64,000 nucleotides of DNA from an uncultured Gammaproteobacteria bacterium (GTDB taxonomy: Bacteria; Patescibacteriota; Microgenomatia; JALYQM01), in the NCBI GenBank assembly GCA_964535655.1, contig CAZHTP010000003.1:1186-65185 (forward strand). Reading direction: 5' to 3'. The translations under genes and the position numbers were made by a program. The notes beneath the pieces are model-generated. The model had not been told where the DNA came from. It did no database searches and saw nothing but the letters and a program-made list of their open reading frames with translations. Shown here piece after piece: positions 36,244-45,581 of this stretch. How positions within the stretch are numbered: the stretch's first letter is position 1; every line of letters begins with the position of its first letter.

Positions 36244-37332
36244 CTATTTTATACGTATTATTTCTTCTTGCAACTGTTTTTTATTTGTAATTATTTTTTT
36301 AGATATATTTGCTTGAAGGCCAATTACTTCCAAACCGCTATTGGTTTTTTTGAATGCTAAGTTATATAAAATTGGCCGATTTACGGAAAAACCGCCGGAT
36401 ATCCATAAGATATCGTTGGTTCTAATTATATTATTGATTGTATTATAAATTAGCTTATTTTTTTCTCTAAAATGAACTAGAATATTATGTAGTCCGAAAA
36501 TATATTGTTCTCTATTTCTTTGAATTCTTAATTCTAATGGCTCGATTTGAATGTCGTGATTAAAGAGTTGTAGATCGATTTGACTTTCCACCTCTAAGTA
36601 TTTTTTATGATCAATTTCAATCTTACTATTTGTTTTAAAATTAATGTAGGATTTTATTTCTTTGATCTGCGCTTTACTTAAGATATCGGTTGTAATAAGG
36701 TATTTAGATTTTAAATGTTTTTTTATTTCAACTGCCTGAATACCTACAGATGCGCCGACTTCAAGATACGTGTTATTCTCTTTAATGTCTTTTTTGAGTA
36801 TGTTAAAGAATGCTATATCTATGCGATTTATACCTGTTGTAGTAAGAATTCGAGTGATTGGGTATAGGTTGAGTAATGAATCTCTGCTTACCTTGTTACA
36901 GATCTTAATTGCTTCTCTGGCTAATTGTCTGTCCCACTGGGGTGGGGCAATGTTAGTTCTTAGATAGACTGATTTTATAAAACTAATTATCGGAACTGGT
37001 GTGATAATCCCAGCGTGATCTCTTTGTTTTGAAATAAATTCAAGAAGGTTGCGGAACTGGGAATTTGAGTTAATATGATTTATAATTTCGTCAATAAATT
37101 CTTGTGTATAGTCTTTGTTTTGAATTAATTTAAAGGATACTAATTGCCGTGTTAGAATATCTGTAGACATTAAATAAAGCATGTCAGGATCTTGGCAATT
37201 TGAGCTACACAGATTTGAAAGTATATTACAAATTTCAGGAATGCTGGCTTCTTCCAATTGTATCAACAGTTTCCAGATGTGGTTAGTATGGGAATCAGCA
37301 TCATCCCAATAATTAGGCTCGTGTTTACTCAT
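36244..37332 (-). CDS. Hypothetical protein with C-terminal SAM methyltransferase-like (CheR-like) domain
   Basis: YLEVGASVG, ITTDI, HNILVHF resemble class I/CheR motifs; very AT-rich. Confidence 0.55.
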   Translation of the reverse strand: MSKHEPNYWDDADSHTNHIWKLLIQLEEASIPEICNILSNLCSSNCQDPDMLYLMSTDILTRQLVSFKLIQNKDYTQEFIDEIINHINSNSQFRNLLEFISKQRDHAGIITPVPIISFIKSVYLRTNIAPPQWDRQLAREAIKICNKVSRDSLLNLYPITRILTTTGINRIDIAFFNILKKDIKENNTYLEVGASVGIQAVEIKKHLKSKYLITTDILSKAQIKEIKSYINFKTNSKIEIDHKKYLEVESQIDLQLFNHDIQIEPLELRIQRNREQYIFGLHNILVHFREKNKLIYNTINNIIRTNDILWISGGFSVNRPILYNLAFKKTNSGLEVIGLQANISKKIITNKKQLQEEIIRIK

Positions 37333-37377
37333 AGATACTTTTGTTATAATTTATAAGGCATTGAAGGTTCAATAGTT

Positions 37378-37917
37378 ATGTCAGAGATTAGATTTCAATC
37401 CCAACTGTATACCATAGGATCCAAAATAATACTGCACTTACCATCAGAGGCTAGCGCTCACCTACCTACTCGGGGGATGGCCATGGTATCTGGGACTTTA
37501 AATGAAATTCCCTTTAAAACATTACTTGAGCCAGATGGCCGGTACGGAGTGGGTAAAAAGCCGAGCCATTGGTTTAGTCCCGATAAGAAGTTACTTAGCC
37601 AAGCGCATGCTACGAATGGAGATATTGTATCTGTTTCACTTGAACCAACAAAGGAATGGATTGAACCAGAAATTCCAGATGATTTTAAAAAAGCCTTGGC
37701 AACTTCAGCCAAGGCCACCGCAATTTGGGAAGAAATTACTCCTCTTGCTCATTGGGATTGGATTCGGTGGATTCGTGCAGTAAAAACTTCCGAGACTCGA
37801 AAAAAACACATTGAGGTTGCACTTGATAAAATGAATAAGGGAATGCGCCGCCCCTGCTGTTTTAATCGTAATCTTTGTAGCGATCCCGAAGTGTCTCATA
37901 ACTGGGTGCTTCTTTAA
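37378..37917 (+). CDS. YdeI/OmpD-associated family protein (DUF1905 + OmdA)
   Basis: VSGTLNE, EPEIPDDFKKAL, WDWIRWIRAVKTSETR, RRPCCFNR. Confidence 0.8.
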   Translation: MSEIRFQSQLYTIGSKIILHLPSEASAHLPTRGMAMVSGTLNEIPFKTLLEPDGRYGVGKKPSHWFSPDKKLLSQAHATNGDIVSVSLEPTKEWIEPEIPDDFKKALATSAKATAIWEEITPLAHWDWIRWIRAVKTSETRKKHIEVALDKMNKGMRRPCCFNRNLCSDPEVSHNWVLL

Positions 37918-37925
37918 GAGTACTA

Positions 37926-38630
37926 TTAAAAGTTTCCAAATGGATATTTTACTTTATTCGCTAACTTAAATTGGTTAAAAAAGAATAGTAGAGATAATAC
38001 TGAATACAAAGAAATCATGTAGACTAGACCATATTTTTTAAAGCGACGATCGGAAACATACACTGTTACCGGAAGAATTCCGTATTTCCCTTTATGAGAC
38101 ACCCTGCGAATTAACTCGATATCATCATAGGTATATTCCCTGTTAAATTTGCCGTGAGAATCAAATACTTCTTTTTTAATAATTATTCCACAGCCAGCAC
38201 CAGAAGGGCTAATTTTTTGAAACAAATAAAAAAGTCTATTAAAGAATATAAAGAATCCATTGATTAGCGGTATTGAGTTTATTGGAGTGTAACGAGGTAT
38301 GGCGATATCCAATTTTTTTTTCTCAAATTCAGTTACTATTTTTTCAATAAAACTACTAGTAACGTGTGTATCAGCGTCTAGGAAAATAAGTACTTCGCCC
38401 GTGGCTTCCTCTGCTCCGCTATTTCGTTGCTCAGCAACTTGAGGTGTTTTTTCAAGTAACTTTACCTTTCTGAATTGCCGTATAGCTGCTGTTGTCTGAT
38501 CGCGAGAATTTCCGTCTACTACAATAACTTCGTGTGGAGCAAAGGTTTGCTGTGATAGATCTGATAAGATTGTCGAAATATACTTTTCTTCATTTAGCGT
38601 TGGGATAATTACGCTTACTCTGTTACTCAT
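37926..38630 (-). CDS. GT2 glycosyltransferase (putative carotenoid glycosyltransferase)
   Basis: VSVIIPTLNEE, VVDGNS, FLDAD, SDRRF; last gene of crt operon. Confidence 0.85.
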   Translation of the reverse strand: MSNRVSVIIPTLNEEKYISTILSDLSQQTFAPHEVIVVDGNSRDQTTAAIRQFRKVKLLEKTPQVAEQRNSGAEEATGEVLIFLDADTHVTSSFIEKIVTEFEKKKLDIAIPRYTPINSIPLINGFFIFFNRLFYLFQKISPSGAGCGIIIKKEVFDSHGKFNREYTYDDIELIRRVSHKGKYGILPVTVYVSDRRFKKYGLVYMISLYSVLSLLFFFNQFKLANKVKYPFGNF

Positions 38631-39472
38631 TTTCCTCCCATAATTAATAGATATGTTACAAAGCCTGCTATGTTATTTATGTAGGGATATCCCCAATATA
38701 CTTTACTGATATTACTACTAGGTTTAACTAAAAGCACTAAAGGAATACTTGGATAAATTAAAGTGAGTAAATTAAAAGGGTTAAGAACTGATTTATATAT
38801 AAGTATCGCACTAAAAATTCCCCAGAAAATTGTACATACTATAAGACTTTTACTTTTTCCTAAAAAAACCGCTGAAGTGATGATCTTAGCTTTGCTGTCC
38901 GGCTCGATATCTGGAATCGCTGAGAATAAATGCATAGCAAAAGCCCAACTTGCGAAAGCTACTATAAGCATGATCTCTGGAAGATGTCTTGTCGCTTGTA
39001 CATAGCCAATGATGCCAGGAAGGATATATAGGATATTGGAAAGGAAGTCAAAAAAAGGACGTGATTTAAAGCGAACTGGTGGGGCGCTATAGCAATAGCT
39101 TAGTAGTACAAATAATAGAAACAACAATTTAAGTAGTAGGTTACTTTGAGTAACTGCTATCGTTGCGCTAAGAATTGTAGTTATCATGAGAATGTTGCGC
39201 AGATATAGCTTCTGGGAACTTTGAAGTAACAGTTCTTTATCTTTTTTTTTGGGGTTAAGCACATCTGTATCACTATCAAAATAATCGTTGATACCATATA
39301 AAAATATATTTGCGATAAAGAGAAAATATGTTACATTCATAATAAAATTTAGGCTTGTGTATGATTCGATACTACGAATCCCCGCTGAAAATCCAATCAT
39401 GTACGTACCACCTAAATATAACCAAAAACGCGGTCTTGAAAGCTTAACCAGATCGTTAAAACTAAATCTCAT
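38627..39472 (-). CDS. UbiA-family prenyltransferase, lycopene elongase (CrtEb/LyeJ)-like
   Basis: LSRPRFWLY, YGINDYFDSDTD..NPKK, YSAPPVRFK, AMHLFSAIPDIEPD. Confidence 0.8.
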   Translation of the reverse strand: MRFSFNDLVKLSRPRFWLYLGGTYMIGFSAGIRSIESYTSLNFIMNVTYFLFIANIFLYGINDYFDSDTDVLNPKKKDKELLLQSSQKLYLRNILMITTILSATIAVTQSNLLLKLLFLLFVLLSYCYSAPPVRFKSRPFFDFLSNILYILPGIIGYVQATRHLPEIMLIVAFASWAFAMHLFSAIPDIEPDSKAKIITSAVFLGKSKSLIVCTIFWGIFSAILIYKSVLNPFNLLTLIYPSIPLVLLVKPSSNISKVYWGYPYINNIAGFVTYLLIMGGK

Positions 39473-40301
39473 AGCGATTTCCTTTTAAAGTATTTACTAT
39501 AATTTGAATTAGAACTTTACTCTTTGATGGTTTTAGGCTCTTTTTGTATATGAGAAATGGGTTTTTTGAAATTTTCTCGATTGTCCATTTATACATATCT
39601 GAAGCGGTCTGAATTGGTATACTGTAGCGAACAGGAATGTATTTAAAACCTTTTTCAGCTTCATTTTGCCAGCACCAGTAGTGGTCAATTTGCAGGGCCA
39701 TGAATTTTTTAAAAAGATTTTCATTGTCTCTTGCTGTCTGTTCACTTAACTCTTTGAGTCCTATATTTTTCATTTCTTCTACGGGGAGATATTGTCTTCC
39801 TAGTTGAATATCTTCTGCAATATCACGAATAAAGTTAGCATACTGCATTGACTTTCCGAGAAGTTGAGCGTAACGATACGATTCTGGACTTAACGAAAGT
39901 ATTTTTGCCATAAACAAACCGATTACTTCTGCTGAACCGTACATGTATTTTTCGGAGTCTTGAAGCGTCATACAAGGAATGGCCTGCAAATCTGATTCCA
40001 TACTGTATAGAAATGATCTGACCCATTCGTCATTAAACCCGTATTTTTTAGAGAGTTGAAAAAAATTAGAAATAGTTGGATTATTCGTGTATTTGTTGCT
40101 CAGAGCATTTTCCGTTTCTTGTTTAAAATTTAAAAATTCTACTTTTTTTTGCGGGATTGTGTCGACTAAATTATCTGCCTCTCTGACATATCGATATAGT
40201 GTAAATACATCAGATTTAACTGGCTCGGGAAAAAAGAGACTCGAATAAAAGTAAGTCCTGCTTCCATTTTTGAATGTTTTATATGCGTCTTTGTCGATCA
40301 T
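39462..40301 (-). CDS. crtB: Phytoene/squalene synthase
   Basis: GSRTY, VREADNLVD, YMYGSAEVIG, MQYANFIRDIAED motifs. Confidence 0.88.
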   Translation of the reverse strand: MIDKDAYKTFKNGSRTYFYSSLFFPEPVKSDVFTLYRYVREADNLVDTIPQKKVEFLNFKQETENALSNKYTNNPTISNFFQLSKKYGFNDEWVRSFLYSMESDLQAIPCMTLQDSEKYMYGSAEVIGLFMAKILSLSPESYRYAQLLGKSMQYANFIRDIAEDIQLGRQYLPVEEMKNIGLKELSEQTARDNENLFKKFMALQIDHYWCWQNEAEKGFKYIPVRYSIPIQTASDMYKWTIEKISKNPFLIYKKSLKPSKSKVLIQIIVNTLKGNRYEI

Positions 40302-41764
40302 ATCTTTTTTTCAATTTCCTTAGCGACAACTGTAGAAGAAATAATGGTCATTGGTAAGCCAATACCTGGATGAGTATATTGACCAGTGTAAAAAAGATTC
40401 CTTACTTTTTTACTCTGATGCTTAGGGCGAAAAATTGCGCTCTGCATTAATGTATGGGTAAGCCCTAATGCCGTTCCTTTATATGCGTTATACCGGCTAG
40501 TAAAATCGTTATGCGCAAATATTTTTTTAAACACGATGTGTGACTTTAGATCCTCTTCGAGTAAGTTTTCAAGGTGCGTCATTATTTTTGTGTAATATTT
40601 TTCGCGAATTTCTTCAGTATCTTCAAGTCCTGGAGCGACTGGAACTAAGATAAAAATATTTTCTGATCCAGCTGGCGCCACTGTTGAGTCAGTTTTTGAT
40701 GGACAGCATACATAGTAAGAAGGGCGATCAGGCCATTCCGGTTTTTCAAAAATTGAATCAAAATGTTTAATCCAATCATTCTCTAAGAATAAATTATGAT
40801 GATTAAGTTTTGGTAATTTCTTGTTAACACCTAAGTAGATAATAAATGCTGAAGGAGCAATAGTTTTTTTCTTCCAATATTTTTCCGGATATGTTTGATA
40901 TTTTTTCTCGAGTAATTTTGTTTCTGCAAAAGCATAATCTGCATTAACTACTACATAGTCGGCACTATATTCTTGGTCTTTAGTAATTACTTTTTTTGCA
41001 ACCCCGTTTTCCACCACTATTTTCTGTACTTCTTGATTGTAGTTAATCGCAACTCCTTGTTCTTTGGCAACCGAAACTAGCCCTTCTACAATCTTCCCGA
41101 ATCCTCCCATTGGATAAAAGACGCCTTGATTAAAATCAATATGTGCCATTAGTGCATATAAGGCAGGGGTATTTTTAGGTGTACCTCCAAGAAAAACAAT
41201 GTTATATTGCAAAATCTTCCTTACTTTGTCTGTCGAAAAATATCGTCGAGTGTATTTATCGATGCTATCAAAAATGTGTAAGGTTGATCCTTCTTTAGCA
41301 AGCTTTGCATCAAAAAAATCAAAAATTGAACCATACTCCCGATACAAGAAGCGTTCCATTGATACATTAAATTGATATTCTGCAATTTTTAAATAGTCTT
41401 TTAGTTTCTCTGCACTTCCCGATTCTAGTGATTCAAATAATTGTAGGTTTTTTTCTAAAGACGCACTTATATCTACGCTTTCAGTTTTATTAAAGAAAAT
41501 TCGGTAGGAAGGGTCGAGTCGAACTGGATCGTAGTAATCATTCTCAGTTTTGCCAAATTCAGCAAAATATCTTTGAAATACTTCACGAATAAGATACCAC
41601 GATGGGCCCATGTCAAAACGGAATCCATTTTCCTCAAAAACAGATGCCCGACCTCCGGCACTTTCATTCTTTTCTAAAATGGTTACTTGATGTCCTTGTT
41701 TTGCCAGTAAAGCAGCGGCAGAAAGCCCTCCGAAACCTGCACCGATTACAATACACTTTTTCAT
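40298..41764 (-). CDS. crtI: Phytoene desaturase
   Basis: IGAGFGGL, GFRFDMGPSWY, YPMGG, GQYTHPGIGLP motifs. Confidence 0.92.
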   Translation of the reverse strand: MKKCIVIGAGFGGLSAAALLAKQGHQVTILEKNESAGGRASVFEENGFRFDMGPSWYLIREVFQRYFAEFGKTENDYYDPVRLDPSYRIFFNKTESVDISASLEKNLQLFESLESGSAEKLKDYLKIAEYQFNVSMERFLYREYGSIFDFFDAKLAKEGSTLHIFDSIDKYTRRYFSTDKVRKILQYNIVFLGGTPKNTPALYALMAHIDFNQGVFYPMGGFGKIVEGLVSVAKEQGVAINYNQEVQKIVVENGVAKKVITKDQEYSADYVVVNADYAFAETKLLEKKYQTYPEKYWKKKTIAPSAFIIYLGVNKKLPKLNHHNLFLENDWIKHFDSIFEKPEWPDRPSYYVCCPSKTDSTVAPAGSENIFILVPVAPGLEDTEEIREKYYTKIMTHLENLLEEDLKSHIVFKKIFAHNDFTSRYNAYKGTALGLTHTLMQSAIFRPKHQSKKVRNLFYTGQYTHPGIGLPMTIISSTVVAKEIEKKI

Positions 41765-41772
41765 TTTTCTCC

Positions 41773-42351
41773 TTATGTATATTTAATTGCTCGCAAAATA
41801 AATGAATGAATTTCATCAACTAGCTTCACAGCATTTTCACCTTTAGGGACATGCGGATAATATTCGAGAACAAATCCATTTATGGCATGTGCAATAAATT
41901 TAGCGTCTTTTTTTACGTCGACACAATTAAATTCTCGATTCTTTTCGCCCTTCTTAAGCACCTCTTCAATATGTAAGTATGCTTTTTCCGGAATATAGCC
42001 ACTACCAATCGCTGGAAAAATATCACGGGTATATAAATAGTATTTTAAAATTGCTACGACTTGTGTAGCATGTTCGAACTGAAATTGTATTCGTTGCTTC
42101 AAATCCTCGCTTGCAGTATTGGTTGAGTGAAGTTTTTTTCTTTGGATTCCTAAATCTTTACTCACAATACGAAACATTTTTTTTAGGAGTTGATCTTTGT
42201 TTATAAAGTAATGATAGATAACCGATGGTACAATTCCAACTTTGTCGGCAAGATCTCGAATATTAAATCCTTCCTCACCTCGCAATGCGAACATCTTTGT
42301 TGTCTCTTGGATTATTCTTTCTTCAGTAGTACTATTTTTATCGTAGAACAT
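41773..42351 (-). CDS. TetR/AcrR family transcriptional regulator
   Basis: IRDLADKVGIVPSVIYHYFINKDQL HTH. Confidence 0.88.
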   Translation of the reverse strand: MFYDKNSTTEERIIQETTKMFALRGEEGFNIRDLADKVGIVPSVIYHYFINKDQLLKKMFRIVSKDLGIQRKKLHSTNTASEDLKQRIQFQFEHATQVVAILKYYLYTRDIFPAIGSGYIPEKAYLHIEEVLKKGEKNREFNCVDVKKDAKFIAHAINGFVLEYYPHVPKGENAVKLVDEIHSFILRAIKYT

Positions 42352-42359
42352 TTGTTCTA
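42344..42359. promoter_or_regulatory. Candidate TetR operator overlapping the tetR start codon
   Basis: Inverted repeat TAGAACA-TT-TGTTCTA. Confidence 0.65.
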
Positions 42360-42396
42360 TTTTACTTAATTTATTTTAGTAAAGCAATAAAGTGTT

Positions 42397-42867
42397 CTAA
42401 TTGAGCCACCAAATGGCAGCATTTAGAATTGTAGCGAAAGATACCCACCCAGCGTACGGTAAGAGGAGATAGGCAGCTGTTTTTGATGTTTTTTTGAACG
42501 TATGGATTGTCATAACTATCGTGAATAAGAATAGAAGAATCTCTATCAGGGCAATTCCAGGACTTTTTAATCCAAAAAATAAAAATGACCATAAGACATT
42601 CAATACTAATTGGATCCAGAACCAGAATAAATTGCCATTTTTACGCCATACTATTCCTAAAGAAATTCCCATAAGAAGAAACAATATTGTCCATACTGGT
42701 CCAAATAACCAGTTGGGAGGATTAAAGAATGGTTTATTGAGGTATAGATACCAAGAATTGATTGAGTTTATGGTAGCGGGTGTGGGAATGTTTCCTACTA
42801 ACTCACAAAAGAGAATTGAGCATATATATGTTATAACCGGATATTTTTTAAATAGTTGAGTAGCCAT
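42397..42867 (-). CDS. tspO: TspO/MBR tryptophan-rich sensory protein
   Basis: WYLYLNKPFFNPPNWLFGPVW, LNVLWSFLFFG, LLPYAGWVSFATILN. Confidence 0.92.
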   Translation of the reverse strand: MATQLFKKYPVITYICSILFCELVGNIPTPATINSINSWYLYLNKPFFNPPNWLFGPVWTILFLLMGISLGIVWRKNGNLFWFWIQLVLNVLWSFLFFGLKSPGIALIEILLFLFTIVMTIHTFKKTSKTAAYLLLPYAGWVSFATILNAAIWWLN

Positions 42868-42934
42868 GTATAGAGTATATTCGATTTCTTTGGATTATTG
42901 CTATTCCTAATTTGTTTACCTTATAATTACTATA

Positions 42935-43965
42935 ATGAAATCATTATTGGTAGGTATATTCGTGCTGGTAATTGGAGTACTTGCCGGGTGTGTTCCAAAA
43001 ACTAATTCTACATCTATTCCGTCAACTACCCCCTCACCTACGGCTCAAACGTCTTTATTACTTAAACTTCGAGTCCATCGCCAAGTGCAACGATCAAGGT
43101 CACTTCCAAAGCTTCATCAACTGCTTCCCCTACTAAAACTGCAGCTGCAACAGCTAAGCCTTCTAGTACCCAAAGCTCTGCAACATCGTCTCCATCCTCG
43201 AGTTCAACAACAGTGACTGCAACTTCAACGCCTACCAGGTATCCCACTCCGGTTACAACCGCTACTCCGCCCAATAATTCTGGAACTATAACAGTGTCCC
43301 CTACTTCAATAACGCAAACCGTAGATAGGTCTCAATCAGGTGGTGGTGTAATTGCGCTTAACTCTTATACAATCACCAGTCAAGGAGCTGACTACTATAA
43401 TATTATTCGGGTTGGTAGCGGATCAGCCTTTTCTAGTACTGGTGGAAGTGGCGGGATGACTACTGGTCTTTCTCGAACAATTCCAGTAAACCTCAATGAA
43501 TCGGGTATCTCAAATGGCACGTATACCCAGTCGTTTATTGTTCAATATGGCAAAAATGGTACTACTTACAGTGGTCCGACTGTTACATACACTGTGACAT
43601 TAACAGGATCTTCACCTTCTCATTTACTTACAACGAGCACCACGTCAATTAACGAAACATTGAGTAAATCGAGCCCAGGCGCTTCGACCGCTGTTCAAGG
43701 CAATGGTTTTACTTTGACCAGTTTAGGAGCTGACTCGTACTCGATTGATACTCATTATGCAGATACTGATACTTTTCATACTATTGCTTTTGATCCGCTC
43801 AGCGGAAATTTAACTTCCGGGCAAACGGTAACCATTCGCCCACGAGCTGGTATAGGAATGCCAAATGGAACCTATAGTAGTTATGTACTCGTTAGGTATT
43901 ATAAGAATAGTTTAACCGTCGAGAATCCAATTACTGTCAACTATACAATTACAGTAACCGATTAA
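42935..43965 (+). pseudogene. Frameshifted Ser/Thr-rich surface lipoprotein with two Ig-like repeats
   Basis: LAGC lipobox ORF joins the S/T/P-rich frame of ORF 43213-43965 by a single -1 shift at ~43066. Confidence 0.7.
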
Positions 43966-43992
43966 AACGAGGCTTAAAATATACTTATAAAG

Positions 43993-44826
43993 ATGAACCG
44001 TACATATAAAAAGATTTTTATTATCCTTTTTACCTTATTAATTTTAGCTGCTATATATATTTATGTCATTCTAAAACCAAGTAATTCCCGTAACTGGGAA
44101 TTTGGTATGGAAACCCTTCCTCATTTTAAGATAACTGATTCGACGGTAACCGTTTCTCATATTCGCGACAATGAATATACTGGGAAAGAATTTAAGCTTC
44201 ACTTTTTTGACCACGAGTATGAAACGAAAAATATTTCAAAGGTCTGGTTTGTAGTTTCTAAATTTTCTGGATTTAGTGGAATTGCCCATACTTATTTCAT
44301 TTTTGATATGAAAGATTCGGATCCAATAACGGTTTCAGTTGAGGCTCGTCGTGAGAAAGGTGAAGATTACAGTATTCCAGGTGGACTATTTAACAAATTT
44401 GAATTGATGTATGTTTGGGCAAGTGAACGTGATTCTGTCGTTCGGCGAACAGTTATTGGAAAGGATAAAGTATACATGTATCCATTGGCGATATCTGATT
44501 CAGCAGCACAGCAATTATTTTTACAGTTAGCACGAAGATCAGAATCGATTGAAACTGCTCCTCGCTTTTATAATACGCTATTAAGTAACTGTACGAACGA
44601 ACTAGCAAAAAGTGCAAATGATGTGAAGCCAGGAACAATTCCTCTTACTATCTCGCTTATTCTACCGGGATATTCGGCAAGAGATTTGTATAAACTCGGC
44701 TATATTACTGGAGAAGGTTCAATTGAGCAGATTGAATCAAAACATTATATTACTGATTTTGTATCGCACCATTATATGGATGGCGATTTAACGAATGAAA
44801 TTCGTTCATTTCTTCTTAACAATTAA
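43993..44826 (+). CDS. DUF4105 / Lnb N-terminal-like protein
   Basis: IAHTYFIF, SVEARRE, ELMYVWASERD, FYNTLLSNCT motifs. Confidence 0.8.
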   Translation: MNRTYKKIFIILFTLLILAAIYIYVILKPSNSRNWEFGMETLPHFKITDSTVTVSHIRDNEYTGKEFKLHFFDHEYETKNISKVWFVVSKFSGFSGIAHTYFIFDMKDSDPITVSVEARREKGEDYSIPGGLFNKFELMYVWASERDSVVRRTVIGKDKVYMYPLAISDSAAQQLFLQLARRSESIETAPRFYNTLLSNCTNELAKSANDVKPGTIPLTISLILPGYSARDLYKLGYITGEGSIEQIESKHYITDFVSHHYMDGDLTNEIRSFLLNN

Positions 44827-44924
44827 TTTTTACGCTTACGAAGTAGCACTAGTTCATAAAATCGCTCTATATCTCTCTTGCATTGAGTACCAAACTCTTT
44901 CTATACTATAGGTACATATTTTTT

Positions 44925-45581
44925 ATGAATCGTATTTTACTTCAGATTACTTTTTACTCTCTTGCTGGATTTCTCATTGTCTTTGGCTATTTATACATGG
45001 ACAAATCGAGCGTTGCGTATTCTCTACGCAAGCAGTCAGAATCTTACGCCGATTCTGAACCTTCAGCAGCACCAAAATCTTTAATTTTATACGCAGATCA
45101 GGTAGTAAACTTTGATGGGTTGACTCTTGTTGATGGTGGACGAGCTAATGCTTGGATCGGAACTAGGGCAAAAGACACCTCAATTTTAGGATTACATTTT
45201 AGTAATCTAAAAATTCCACCTCAAACAAATGTCTCTCAAGCGACGTTAACCCTAACTGCTGCGACCGGGAAAGCATCTCCTTTTTCGGCAATTCTTTTTG
45301 CAGAAAAATCCGATTCTCCCCTTCTTTTTAGTAAAGAGAACGCGCCTTCAACGAGGCTTTTAACTCAAAACTTTCTACCAATTGAAAGACTTGCTGCCGT
45401 GCAAAACGGAGAAGCTATCGTATCAGGAAACATCAATGCAGTAGTAAATGAAGCGCTGCATATGTCTCCGGCTCCTACTACTCTCAATTTAATTATTTCA
45501 GGCGTTGGATTAAAAAATGCATACCGAGTTATTGAATCTATTGACCCTGATATTCGCCCTTCTTTGAGTGTTACTTATTAG
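44925..45581 (+). CDS. Hypothetical membrane-anchored extracellular protein
   Basis: N-terminal TM; GLHFSNLKIPP..ATLTL and C-terminal PSLSVTY beta-sandwich pattern. Confidence 0.6.
   Translation: MNRILLQITFYSLAGFLIVFGYLYMDKSSVAYSLRKQSESYADSEPSAAPKSLILYADQVVNFDGLTLVDGGRANAWIGTRAKDTSILGLHFSNLKIPPQTNVSQATLTLTAATGKASPFSAILFAEKSDSPLLFSKENAPSTRLLTQNFLPIERLAAVQNGEAIVSGNINAVVNEALHMSPAPTTLNLIISGVGLKNAYRVIESIDPDIRPSLSVTY

Larger units (their letters stand above)
14163..37332. mobile_element. tRNA-His-anchored composite genomic island; no integrase in window; right boundary approximate
   Basis: Starts at tRNA 3' end; direct repeats, att-like relics, defence and accessory cargo, pseudogenes, local GC shifts. 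Confidence 0.65.

Noticed and set aside
14163-37332. Prophage or intact integrase/transposase
   Set aside because: No phage structural, integrase or transposase motifs in any ORF
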